From the NCBI GenBank assembly GCA_009914755.4, contig CP086569.2, forward strand, positions 1,440,001-1,504,000: a stretch of 64,000 nt of DNA, read 5' to 3'. Made by a program: the position numbers and the translations under genes. Shown here one piece after another: positions 1-15,759 of the stretch. A model generated the notes under the pieces. That model worked only from the letters and a program-made list of their open reading frames with translations, did not search any database and was not told where the DNA came from. The number at the start of each line of letters is the position of its first letter. The stretch's first letter is position 1. Source of the DNA: the human T2T-CHM13v2.0 reference genome, Homo sapiens.

Positions 1-600
1 TGGATGGCTGAATAGGTGGATGGATATATGGATTAATGAATAGAGGATTAATGAATGGATTAATGAATGGATGGGTTAATGGATGAAGGCTTGGCTGACT
101 GAATGGATGGATGGCTGGATAGGTGGATGGATACATGGGTTAATGAATAGAGGATAAATTAATGGATTAATGAGTGGATGGGTAAGTAGAAAGTGGGTGG
201 GTTGATAGCTGGGTTAATAAACAGAGGGTGGATAGAGGATGGATAGATAGATACACGGGTAGATGGTTTAATGGATGGAGGGTGGATGGATGGGTAGATG
301 GATGGATAGATGGGTGAACGAATGAATGAGTAGGTAGATGGATACATGACTGGGTGGATGGATGAATAGATTGACAGATTAATGACTGGCTGAATGGGTG
401 GGTGGGTGCATAGATGCATGAACAGAAGAATCGACTGATGGAAGCATGGATGGATGGATGGGTGGATGGATGGATGGATATGATAAACGCGGGAGAATTA
501 AGATCTCTGACACTGGATTCTAGTTTAGTGAACTGGTCCCTGGGATTCTCAATCTTTGCAAAACCCTCCACCTCCTACCTCAAGGTGCAGCTCTAGGAGA
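1..600. repeat. (GGAT/GAAT/GGGT)n minisatellite built on repeats of TGGATGGATGG and GATTAATGA motifs.
   Basis: Directly visible 4-bp periodicity. It gives spurious minus-strand ORFs rich in HPSIHP. Confidence 0.85.
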
Positions 601-1339
601 AGAGTCCCCATGCTTGAGGGTCAGGCCTTTGCTCACTGACCTCACAGTGCTGGACCCTGCCTGGGAGTCTCTCGAAGGAAGACCCCACTCCTTGGAAGCA
701 TCTTGATAAGGACCACAGTCCTGGGCCTCCCTCATTGTCACCTGCTGCTAGGACCTTCCAGATGATTTGTTCCCTGCATGGCCTGCTCTGCATAGAGTGG
801 CTCACCCTGTCCTGGCATCGTACACACTTTTCTGAATTATACCTCAATTACTTTAAGGAGAAAAGGGAAGACCGTTGCATGAGAAGAAATGCAAGGAAGT
901 AATTTTCCTCAAGGGGAAGGCCCACTCCCATATCTTTGTTTTGTATCTTTATTTCCTGTTTGAGGCTGCCGTTTTATCTGATCTTTACAACGTCTGTTTC
1001 TCTAGTCTTCACATGGGAGATAACATGCTGATCTGCAGTGGTATATCTCCTTGAAATATCAGTTTCACATCAACATTTAATAAATGCATCCCACACCACA
1101 AAGCAGCATTTTCTCAGCAGGCTATGTTTTCAATGAAATTTTCTGCCCAATAACTGAGTATCAACCTCACTGGTTATCACAGATAAACCTGAGTAGTAGC
1201 CTCTGTTCCTTCTTTTGGAAGGTATTTGATTCTTATGATGTTATGAATGAGGCTGGACTCGGAATTCCCCTTTCTTGCTTGTGGCCAAGGGGTGGTAGAC
1301 AGGAGAGAGAAGTCATCCAGCCATTTGCAGTGAGGGATG

Positions 1340-2600
1340 AATAGATTGATAGGTAGATTTGTGAATGGCTGAATGGGGAAAGTATAGATAGATGGGTGGA
1401 TGAATGGACGGATAGGTGGGTACATTACTGGATGGATGGGTGAATAAATGGATGGGTGACTAGACGGATGGATGGATAGATGGATGGATGGATGGATGGA
1501 TGAATGGATAGATGGGTGGGTAAATGGATGGATGGGTGGGTACATTAATGGATGCATGGGTGAATAAATGGATGGGTGACTGGATGGATGGATGGATGGA
1601 TAGATGGGTGGGTGGGTGAATGGATGGTTGGGTGGGTACATTAATGGATGGATGGGTGAATAAATGGATGGGTGACTGGATGGATGGATGGATGGATGGA
1701 TGGATGGATGGATGAATGGATGGATGGGTGAGTACATTAATGGATGGATGGGTAAATAAATGGATGAGTCACTTGATGGATAGATGGATGGATGGATGAA
1801 CGGATAGATGGGTGGGTGAATGGATGGATGGGTGGGTACTTTAATGGATGGATGGGTGAATAAATGGATGGATAGATGGATGGATGGATGGATGGATGGA
1901 TGGATGGATGGATGGATAGATGGGCAGGTGAATGGATGGATGGATGGGTAAATAAATGGATGGGTGACTGTATGGATGGATGGATGGATGGATGATGGGT
2001 GCATGAATGGATGGATGGGTGGGTACATTAATGGATGGATGGGTGAATAGATGGATGGGTGACTGGATGGATGGATGGATGGATGGATGGATGGATGGAT
2101 GGATGAATGGATAGATGGGTGGGCAAATGGATGGATAGGTGGGTACATTAATGGATGGATGGGTGAATAAATGGATGCGTGACTAGATGGATGGATGGAT
2201 GGATGGATGAATGGATGGGTGGATGGGTGGACAAATGGATGAACAGATTAACAGGTAGATTGATGACTGGCTGAATGGGTGGGTGGGTGGATAGATAAAT
2301 GGATGGATGGATGGATGGATAGATGGATGGATGGATGGATGGACAAATGGATGAACAGATTGATAGACTGATGACTGGCTGAATGGGTGGGTGAGTGGTT
2401 AGATGGATGAATGGATGGATGAACGGATGAATGAATGGGTGGACAAATGGATAAATAGATTGACAGATTAATGACTGGCAGAATGGGTGGGTGGGTGGAT
2501 GGATGGATGGATAGATGAGTGGATGGGTGGACAAATGGATGAACAGATTGACAGATTAATGACTGGCCGAATGGGTGGATAGATGAATGGATGAATAAAG
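1340..2600. repeat. Large (GGAT)n-based minisatellite with a roughly 60-bp higher-order unit (...gggtgggtacattaatggatggatgggtgaataaatggatgggtgactggatggatggatgg...). It belongs to the same family as 1-600.
   Basis: The higher-order unit recurs at about 1420, 1540, 1640, 1730, 1840, 2020 and 2140. The 323-aa minus-strand ORF 1177..2148 is a repeat artefact. Confidence 0.85.
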
Positions 2601-2789
2601 TGAAAGACACATGAGTAAGACATCCAGGTCATCTGCAGTGATGGGATGGCTTCTCTCTCCTGTCTACCACCCCTAGGACTCTGTATCTCCAAATGAAAGT
2701 CCCATACTTGGTTCTAAGATCTTTGTTTGATTAAGGCCAATGCTTTTTTTAAAACTTGTTTCCACAGTCTCCAGTTACTCACCATAATA

Positions 2790-3195
2790 GCTTGAATTTT
2801 GTCCCCCAAAAGACATATCTAAGTCCTGCCCCCTGGTGAATGAGACCTTATTTGGAAATCGGGTCTTTGCAGATGTGATTAAGAATCTGGAGATGAGATC
2901 ATCCTGGAGTAGGGTGGGTCCTTAATCCAGTGACAGGTGTCCTTCTAAGAGACAGAAGAGGAGACACAGACACAGAGGAGAAGGCCACGTGGAGATGGGG
3001 GCAGAGACTGGAGTGATGCAGCCACAAGTTCAGGTACTCCTGGAGCCCCCAGGAGCTGGGAGAGGCAGGAAGGATCCTTCCCTGGATCTTCCAGAGTGAG
3101 CACAATCCTGCCCACATCTTGACCTCAGACTTCTGGTCTCCAGAACCATGAGCTAAATCACATCTGTTGTTTTAAACCCTTGAGTTTTAGGCAAA
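2790..3195 (+). mobile_element. Old mammalian-wide interspersed repeat (non-Alu, non-L1; family not named). It is the same family as 63590-64000, in the same orientation, and as 13960-14240, in the opposite orientation.
   Basis: Shared blocks are tcccccaaaagacatat...tgcagatgtgattaag...ggccacgtggagatgggggcagagactggagtgatgcagccacaag...ccagaaccatgagctaaat. Confidence 0.6.
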
Positions 3196-3475
3196 TTGTT
3201 AGGGCAGCCCCAGGGCATTCAAGCACCCATTAAATGCATGATTCTATATTTCTGCGGTCCCCACCAATTCCCTTTACTTTGGTCATCAGCTGCAAATTCA
3301 AATTCAGGGGTCCCGGGAAGCACTCTCACTTTGGACCAGCTGGCTAAAACTTGTAGGGTCCCAGTGACCACATTCAGGGTGAATAATTTCCTAGAATGAC
3401 TCACAAGAACTCAGAAAAACACTGTGCTTCTGATTAAAGTCTTATTATACCGAATAGATACAAATTAAAATCAGC

Positions 3476-3765
3476 CAAGCTGGGCACAGTGGCTCATGCC
3501 TGTAATCCCAACACGTTGGAAGGTCGAGGTGGGAGGACCGCTTGAGCCCAGGAGTTTGAGACCAGCCTGGCCAACAGAGCGAGACCTCATCTCTACAAAA
3601 AATAAAAAATTAGCCAGGGACGGTGGTGCACGTCTGTCATCCCAGCTACTCAGGAGGCCGAGTTAGGAAGACTGCTTGAGCCCCAGAGGTCGAGACTGTA
3701 GTGAGCTGTAATTGCGTCACTGCACTCAAGCCTGGGTAACAGAGTGAGACCTTGACTCAAAAATC
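3476..3765 (+). mobile_element. Alu (full length). Its 3' end seeds the downstream VNTR.
   Basis: GGCTGGGCACAGTGGCTCATGCCTGTAATCCCA...GAGACCTTGACTCAAAAATCAATCAA. Confidence 0.85.
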
Positions 3766-3769
3766 AATC

Positions 3770-5470
3770 AATCAATTAATTAATATCAGGAAGAAAAGAG
3801 ATGCATAAAACAGAGACCCTACCTTAAAGTCAATTAATTAATTTAATTAAATAATATTAGCTAAGGAAAGTGAAGTATGAGTGAGACCCCGCCTGAAAAT
3901 CAATTAATTAATTATATTAAATAATGTCAGCCAAGAAAAATGATGCCTAAGACAGAGTGAGACCTTGCTCAAAATCAATCAATCAATATCAGCCAAGAAA
4001 AAGGATGCCTAAGACAGAGTGAGACCTTACCTCACAATCAAGCAATTAATTGAATTAAATAATATCAGTCAAGAAAAGAGGTGGATAAGAGAGTGAGACC
4101 CTACTCAAAATCAATCAATTAATTAATTAATTAAATAATATCAGCCAAGAAAAGAGATGCATAAAACAGACTCTACCTCAAAATCTATCAATCAATTAAA
4201 GTAAATAATATCAGCCAAGAAAAAATATATGAGAGTGAGACCCTGCCTCAAAATCAATCAATCAATTAATTAATAACAGCCAAGAAAAGAGATGCCTAAG
4301 ACAGAGCGAGACTGTGCCTCAAAATCAATCAATTAATTAAAGTAAATAATATCAGCCAAGAAAAGAGATGTGTAAAACAGAGACCCTACCTCAAAATCAA
4401 TCAATCAATTAATTAACTAATATCAGCCAAGAAAAAATATGTAAGAGAGACCCTGCCTCAAAATCAATCAATTAATTAATATCAGCCAAGAAAAGAGATG
4501 CCTAAGACAGAGCGAGACTGTGCCTCAAAATCAATCAATTAAAGTAAATAATATCAGCCAAGAAAAGAGATGTGAAAACAGAGACCCTACCTCAAAATCA
4601 ATCAATCAATTAATTAAATTAAATTAAATATCAGGCAAGAAAAGAGATGTATAAGAGAGCAAAACCCTGCTCGAAACCAACCGATTAATCAATTAAACAA
4701 ATAATATCAGTCAAGGAAAGAGATTCATAAAACAGAGACCCTACCTCAAAATCAATCAATCAATTAATTAAATTAAATATCAGCCAAGAAAAGAGATGCC
4801 TAAGACAGAGCGAGAGTGTGCCTCAAAATCAATCAATTCAAGTAAATAATATCAGCCAAGAAAAGAGATGCGTAAAACAGAGACCCTACCTCAAAATCAA
4901 TCAATCAATTAATTAAATTAAATATCAGGCAAGAAAAGAGATGTATAAGAGAGTGAAACCCTGTTCGAAACCAACCGATTAATCACTTAAATAAATAATA
5001 TCAGTCAAGGAAAGAGATGCATAAAACAGACCCTACCTCAAAATCAATCAATTAATTAAATTAAATAATATCAGCCAAGAAAAGAGATGCCTAAGACAGA
5101 GGGAGACTGTGCCTCAAAATCAATCAATTAAAGTAAGTAATATCAGCCAAGAAAAGAGATGCGTAAAACAGAGACCCTACCTCAAAATCAATCAATCAAT
5201 TAATTAAATTAAATAATACCAGGCAAGAAAAGAGATGTATAAGAGAGTGAGACCCTGCTCGAAACCAAACAATTAATCAATTAAACAAATAATATCAGTC
5301 AAGGAAAGAGATGCATAAAACAGAGACCCTACCTCAAAATCAATCAATCAATCAATTATTAAGTTAAATAATATCAGCGAAGAAAAGACATGCCTAAGAC
5401 AGAGTGAGACCCTGCCTGAAAATCAATCAATGAATTAATTTAATTAAGTAACATCAGCCAAGCAAAGAGA
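3770..5470 (+). repeat. VNTR/minisatellite derived from the Alu 3' end plus (TCAA)n/(TTAA)n. Sub-units are about 65-80 bp (ATCAGCCAAGAAAAGAGATGCCTAAGACAGAGCGAGACTGTGCCTCAAAATCAATCAATTAA...). They are organised as a roughly 300-bp higher-order repeat of three to four sub-unit variants.
   Basis: The motif ATCAGCCAAGAAAAGAGATG recurs more than 20 times. Variant A sub-units return at 4478, 4775, 5076 and 5380. Confidence 0.85.
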
Positions 5471-5749
5471 TGTACAAGAGAGAGTCAAGGAGGAGCTGAG
5501 ACTCACAGCTTCCATTGTCCTCTCCCCAAGGACTCACGGGTGTTGTTCCCTCCTCTTAGCATCAATGTGTGATGACAGACGTCAAGTCAGCCCACCAGGG
5601 AAGCTGATCAGAACCTCAGTGTCTGGAGTTTTTACCGGGGCCACCACCACCTTCTGTCTCTGCCACTGAGCTTTACTCTCCAGCCCCTCCTGGAGGTTGA
5701 AACTGATACTGCATGTCCCAATATGCCCACCTCTTAGACATCTCTTTTC

Positions 5750-6720
5750 TTGCCTCTTATTATTTAATGAATTGATTGATTGATTTTGAGGTAGGGTCTC
5801 TGTTTTCACATCTCTTTTCTTGGCTGATATTATTTACTTTAATTAATTGATTTTGAGGCACAGTCTCGCTCTGTCTTAGGCATCTCTTTTCTTGGCTGAT
5901 ATTAATTAATTCATTGATTTTGAGGCATAGTCTCTCTTACATATTTTTTCTTGGCTGGTATTATTTACTTTAATTAATTGATTGATTTTGAGGCACAGTC
6001 TCGCTCTGTCTTAGGCATCTCTTTTCTTGGCTGTTATTAATTAATTGATTGATTGATTTTGAGGCAGGGTCTCTCTTACATATTTTTTCTTGGCTGATAT
6101 TATTTACTTTAATTAATTGATTGATTTTGAGGTAGGGTCTCTGTTTTCACATCTCTTTTCTTGGCTGATATTATTTACTTTAATTAATTGATTGATTTTG
6201 AGGCACAGTCTCGCTCTGTCTTAGGCATCTCTTTTCTTGGCTGATATTAATTGATTGATTGATTTTGAGGCATAGTCTCTCTTACATATTTTTTCGTGGC
6301 TGAAATTATTTACTTTAATTAATTGATTGATTTTCAGGCACAGCCTCGCTCTGTCTTAGGCATCTCTTTTCTTGGCTGTTATTAATTAATTGATTGATTT
6401 TGAGGCAGCGTCTCTCTTACATATTTTTTCTTGGCTGATATTATTTACTTTAATTAATTGATTGATTTTGAGGTAGGGTCTCTGTTTTCACATCTCTTTT
6501 CTTGGCTGATATTATTTACTTTAATTGATTGATTTTGAGGCACAGTCTCGCTCTGTCTTAGGCATCTCTTTTCTTGGCTGTTATTAATTAATTGATTGAT
6601 TTTGAGGCAGGGTCTTACTCTCATATATTTTTTCTTGGCTGATATTATTTAATGTAATTGATTGATTGACAGATTTTGAGGTAGAGTCTATGTTTTATGC
6701 ATCTCTTTTCTTGACTGATA
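5750..6720 (-). repeat. Inverted copy of the 3770-5470 VNTR (CATCTCTTTTCTTGGCTGATATTATTTACTTTAATTAATTGATTGATTTTGAGGCACAGTCTCGCTCTGTCTTAGG). It forms a large imperfect palindrome with the upstream array across a spacer of about 280 bp.
   Basis: The unit is the exact reverse complement of the plus-array unit, in about 13 copies. Confidence 0.85.
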
Positions 6721-6787
6721 AATTACATTGTTAGACCCTCCAGGGGCCAAAGCCCGCTTAAGATGACCACACCTGGCTAACTTTTTA

Positions 6788-6795
6788 TATTTCAT

Positions 6796-6838
<43 letters not shown>

Positions 6839-6840
6839 TT
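6788..6840. repeat. (TTTA)n microsatellite, about 12 copies.
   Basis: catttatttatttattt... read directly. Confidence 0.9.
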
Positions 6841-6842
6841 TT

Positions 6843-7262
6843 GTAGGGATGGAGTCTTGCTATATTGCCCAGGCCGGTCCTGAATTCCCGGGCTCCAGCA
6901 ATCCTTCCAAGAAAAGAGGTAGACGTCTGTTTGGAAATCATTACAATTCTTTTTTTTTTTTTTTTTTTGAGACAGAGTCCAGCTCTGTTGCCCACGCTGG
7001 AGTGCAGTGGCAAAATCGTAGTTCACTGCGGGCTGGAACTCCTGAGCTCAAGCGATCCTCCTGCCTCAGCCACTCCCGAGTGGCTGAGACTACAGGTGTG
7101 TGCCACCACGCCCAGCTCATTTTTTTCTTTTTCTTCTTTTTACAGACGGGAGGGTCTCGCCATGTTGCCCAGGCTGGCCTTGAACTTCTGGCCTCAAGTA
7201 ATCCTCCCCCCTCGGCCTCCCAAAGTGCTGGGATCACAGGCATGAGACACTGCACCTGGCCA
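6843..7262 (-). mobile_element. Alu fragment (6843-6905) plus a full Alu (6948-7262) in minus orientation.
   Basis: TTTTTTTGAGACAGAGTCCAGCTCTGTTGCCCACGCTGGAGTGCAGTGG...GGCCTCCCAAAGTGCTGGGATCACAGGCATGAG. Confidence 0.8.
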
Positions 7263-7822
7263 ACGGCATGCTGAAATCTTCACTGCAGAAAAGCAAAGCA
7301 CAAATGGCTTCAGCTGATGATAAGCACTTTGCAGAAGAATACAAAACGCTGATATTAAAAAAAAAAAAATGACTTGGGCTAGGGTGTGGTCTGCCGAGGA
7401 GGACAGAGAAGGGATATTAAGCTGGGGGTGGATGAATTTTTCACGGGAGAGATTGTAGGAACCGTCCGTGCTGCAGAAGGATGGAATGGCCTTGGGTCTA
7501 GATGAGTGTCTGAGTCATACATGAGCTCATAGCGTCCAGGTAGAGCCTGTGGTTGTGTTGTGCTGAGTTAGAAATCTGTTTTTATCTGTCACTTCCTCTG
7601 GCCCGCACGGCCTCTCACGCGATGGTGGAGAGAATTACCCCGTTTCCCGGAGTGGAATGTTTGTTTACTGAGTGCCCTCCTCTGGTTCAAACACGGACTC
7701 TGCATTTTCAGCGTGGTTTGCTGTTTCTTTGGGCAAATGGGTCAGTGTCCTCACGCCTCAAAATCTCCTCTGGGACTTCTGGACGGTATTCCTTAAATCT
7801 CCATCTTTCTTCCAACATTTAG

Positions 7823-8300
<478 letters not shown>

Positions 8301-8402
8301 GGAATTTTCTTTTGAAGTGTACCAGCGTCCCCTGTATAAGTCTGTGGAAGAAAATGCATGATTATTATTGTGCTTATTATGATTATTGTCATTATTATTT
8401 TG

Positions 8403-8825
8403 AAAAAAGCTCTCGCTCCTTTGCCCGGGTTGGAGGGCAGTGTTGCGATCATAACTCATTGCAGCCTTGACCTACCGGGCTGAAGTAGTCCTCCCACCTC
8501 AGCCTCCTAAGTAGCTGAGACTACAAGCACATGCAACCACACCTGGCTAACTTTTTGTATTATTATTATTTATTTTTTTTTTTGTAGAGATGGAGTCTTG
8601 CTGTGCTGCAGAGGCTGATCCTGAATTCCTGGGCTCAAGCAATCCTTCTAAATCAGCCTCCCAAATAGCTGGGATTACAGGCATGCACCAGCATACTCGA
8701 CTAATTATGTTTGCAGAGATGGGGTCTTGCTAGGTTGCCCAGGCTGGTCTTGAACTCCTGGGATGAGGTGATCCTCTGGCCTCAGCCTCTGAAAGCAGTG
8801 GGGGTACAGGCCTGGGCACCCCATC
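8403..8825 (-). mobile_element. Two adjacent Alu copies in minus orientation (8403-8560 partial; 8570-8825).
   Basis: rc-Alu blocks: ...CAGCCTCCCAAATAGCTGGGATTACAGGCATGCACC... Confidence 0.75.
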
Positions 8826-8999
8826 TTGGCAAAGTATTACGGATGGAAGGTGCAGACAGAGAGGTGTATGTGGTTGTCTGTGAGTTCATCACTGTCCAGT
8901 GTGTTGTACAATAACCACCACTGAATCTCTCCTTTCAAAGGGCAGAGTCAGAAGCAAGCAGTTAAACCATGAAGGAATAGGCTCCTTGCACCTGCTCTC

Positions 9000-9100
9000 C
9001 TGTTTCTCTTGGGTCCATGCAAAAGTAACTGTGGGTTTTGCCATTGAAAGTAATGCCAACGAATTACTTTCAATGGCAAAAAGAGCCATTTCTATTGCAT
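9000..9100. mobile_element. MADE1/Hsmar1-derived MITE. It is palindromic, with a 15-bp perfect hairpin gccattgaaagtaat..attactttcaatggc.
   Basis: GCAAAAGTAACTGTGGGTTTTGCCATTGAAAGTAATG...ATTACTTTCAATGGCAAAAAG matches the MADE1 consensus (GCAAAAGTAATTGCGGTTTTTGCCATTAAAAGTAATGGCAAAAACCGCAATTACTTTTGCACC). Confidence 0.7.
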
Positions 9101-9139
9101 ACTTCTGAACAGGTGGACAGAGTCAGAAACAGACTTTGC

Positions 9140-9915
<776 letters not shown>

Positions 9916-10120
9916 AAAGATATTTCAGGGAAACAGCCCACCTCAGAAGCATCATGCAGAAATTCCTCCCATTCATCCAGGTCAACCCAAAACAGCTGAA
10001 AACCTTTTTCTCCATTTTTCAGGTGAAGAGATGCAGAGGGTCCAAGAGGATTTCACAGAGTTCACAGAAACCAGCTCCTCAAGAGACATCAAGTCACCCA
10101 AGAATAGACAAGCAGGATGA

Positions 10121-11152
<1,032 letters not shown>

Positions 11153-11929
11153 CCAGACCTTCTTTTAAAGTGCTCACCTGATTAGGTCGGGCCTACCTAG
11201 AATACTCTCCTGTTTGATGATCTTGAAGTCTGTTGACTAGAGAGCTTATTGCATCTGGAAAGTTCCAGCACGTTTGCTGCAGCATCATGAGACTGATATC
11301 TCAGAATCTTTTTATTTGCCTTTCATGCTCAATTCATGGAAATGATACAGACTGGGTACACAACAAAGACTCATGGCTACCTCCCCATGACAAAGGATTA
11401 CGGCTGCAGATATCCGAGAACTTTGTTTTTTTATTTCTGGGGTACATTCAGGAGAGGGATGTTTTGCTCCAAAATGCTTTAGGAGGCCAAGCATTTTCCT
11501 TAAAGGTTTTCCAGATTATTATAACCATCCTTTGGTGCTTGCTGGTTCTGAAGGAGTGAATATCTCCTTCTGAATTTGCTTTGCAAATACCTTCAGGGAA
11601 CTAGCTGAGTGGCAAAGTGGTTTCCCAATTTAACAGCTCCCCCCGGGAAACACACACCAATGGTATGTAAAGCAGCAGCAGCGAGAAGAATTTTAAAGAG
11701 AACCCCAAACGCTTTCGTGTCCCTAAGAAGAAGAAGAATGTACATGCAGGCAGCAAAGGGGTGTGTCTCACTGAGAAGCCTGCTTGGGTTCACAGAATGG
11801 TCCCCGTCCTGGGGACCCTGGTGTGTTTGTTTTCTCCTTGGTCAAGTAGAGACTCATAATCATATTAATATTAGCCTTTATGGACATCATGGCTCACACA
11901 ATGCAAACGCCCCCCCAAATACCCACAAG

Positions 11930-13955
<2,026 letters not shown>

Positions 13956-13959
13956 GCCT

Positions 13960-14240
13960 AAATCACAGACTTTTATGTCTCACGGTTCTGGAGGCTGAGA
14001 GTCCAAGATCAATGAGTGGGAGGTTCAGTGTCTAGTGAGGACCCGCTTGCTGGTTCACAGGTGGTTCCTTCCGGCTGTGTCCTCACATGGTGGAAGGGGT
14101 GAGAGAGCTCTCTGGGGCCTGTCTTCTAAGAGCACAAATCCCACTCATGACCTAACCACCTCCTAAAAGCACCACCTCTAATACTCTTGCAGTGGGAACT
14201 GAGTTTGAACTTGAGTTTTGGAAGGACAGAAACATGGAAG
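13960..14240 (-). mobile_element. Old interspersed repeat (tcacggttctggaggctgagagtccaagatcaa...cctcacatggtggaaggggtgagagagctctc...). It belongs to the same family as 2790-3195, in the opposite orientation.
   Basis: Shares hallmark blocks with the 2790-3195 and 63590-64000 copies in reverse complement. Confidence 0.55.
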
Positions 14241-14539
14241 GCATAGCAACCCTCTTACACAGCCCGGCCCCTCTGAAGCCTGCCTGGGTTCACAGAATGT
14301 TCCGTCTTCCTCAGGCCCCTGGTGTGTTGGCTTTCTCCTTTGTTGATAGCTGATGTTGAGCAATGCAAGATTTCTGTTCTGATTATCTGACCCTGGATAT
14401 CCAGTTTGGGGACTTGTGACATATTTGGGACGTCAGAAGCACGTACCTCTCACATAGAGCATGGCATACTTAATAAACAATAAATTATAATAAAAAATGA
14501 ATAATGCATTATAAATTATCATTACTTATTTATTTATTT

Positions 14540-15135
14540 ATTGGAGACAGAGTCTCGCTCTGTTGCCCAGGATGGAGTGCAGTGGCGCCATCTTCGCTCA
14601 CTGCAACCTCTGCCTCCTGGGTTCAAGTGATTCTCGGGCCTGCCTCAGCCTCCTGAGTAGCTGGGACTATAGGCAACCACCTCCACACCCGGCTAGTTTT
14701 TTGTCTTTTTAGTAGAGACGGGGTTTCACCATGCTGGCCAGGCTGGTCTTTTTTTTGTTTTGTTTTGACATGGAGTCTCGCTCTGTCAACCAGGCTGGAG
14801 TGCAGTGGCACGGTCTCACTGCAAGCCCCACCTCCCAGGTTCACGCCATTCTCCTGCCACAGCCTCCCGAGTAGCTGGTAGCTGGGACTACAGGTGCCCA
14901 CCACCACGCCCGGCTGATTATTTTTTGTATTTTAGTAAAGACGGGGTTTCATCGTGTTAGCCAGGATGGTCTCGATCTCCTGACCTCATCATCCGCACAT
15001 CTCGGCCTCCCAAAGTGCTGGGATTACAGGCATGAGCCACCGGGCCCGGCCCCAGGCTGGTCTTGAACTCCTGACCTTGTGATCTGCCCGCCTTGGCCCT
15101 CCAAAGTGCTGGCATTACAGACGTGAGCCACCGCA
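14540..15135 (-). mobile_element. Alu interrupted by a second full Alu (14752-15052), a nested insertion. The host Alu resumes at 15052 with the duplicated CCAGGCTGGTCTTGAACTCCTGACC.
   Basis: The host Alu sequence stops at ...CCAGGCTGGTC (14750) and restarts ...CCAGGCTGGTCTTGAACTCC (15053). This is a target-site duplication flanking the inserted Alu and its T-rich start. Confidence 0.7.
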
Positions 15136-15530
15136 CCTGGCCTCATTTATTATTTTGTAATCACATTATAAATTGTCATTTATTATTTCATAATTACATT
15201 ATAAATGATCATTTCAGAATTACATTATATATTTTCATTTATTTCATAATTACACTATAGATTATCATTTATTATTCCACAATTACATTATAAATTATGA
15301 TTATATTATACAATAGCATTTGCTTCATAATTACATTAGATTATCATTTATTTTTAAATTACATTATATTTATTTCATAATTACATTATAAATTATCTTA
15401 TAATTAGAAATGATCATTTATTTCATAATTGCAATATAAATTATTATTAATTTCATAATACCATTGTAAGTTATCATTTATTATTTCATAATTACATTAT
15501 GTAATGGTATGCGTTAATAATTATTAATAT
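15135..15530. repeat. AT-rich minisatellite with a unit of about 35-40 bp (cataattacattataaattatcatttatttcataattacatta).
   Basis: The ataattacattata motif recurs more than 10 times. Confidence 0.8.
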
Positions 15531-15759
15531 ACAATTAATAATTATTAACCATTCAATTAATAGTTAATTAACTAGCAATTTATATGTAATTCTATAATTA
15601 CGTCATAGAATATGATATCTAATTTATACATAAATTATATTATTCAAGTATATTACCCATAATTTGCAAGTATAGTATAGAATCCCGTTATAGGATCCTA
15701 TTACATTTTAGAATTTTGTTATATATATTTGACTCTACAATTGGAATTTAGACCCCACA

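Noticed and set aside
1177-2610. 323-aa and other minus-strand ORFs made of [10 protein letters not shown] repeats.
   Set aside because: Translation of the (GGAT)n minisatellite complement. Not coding.
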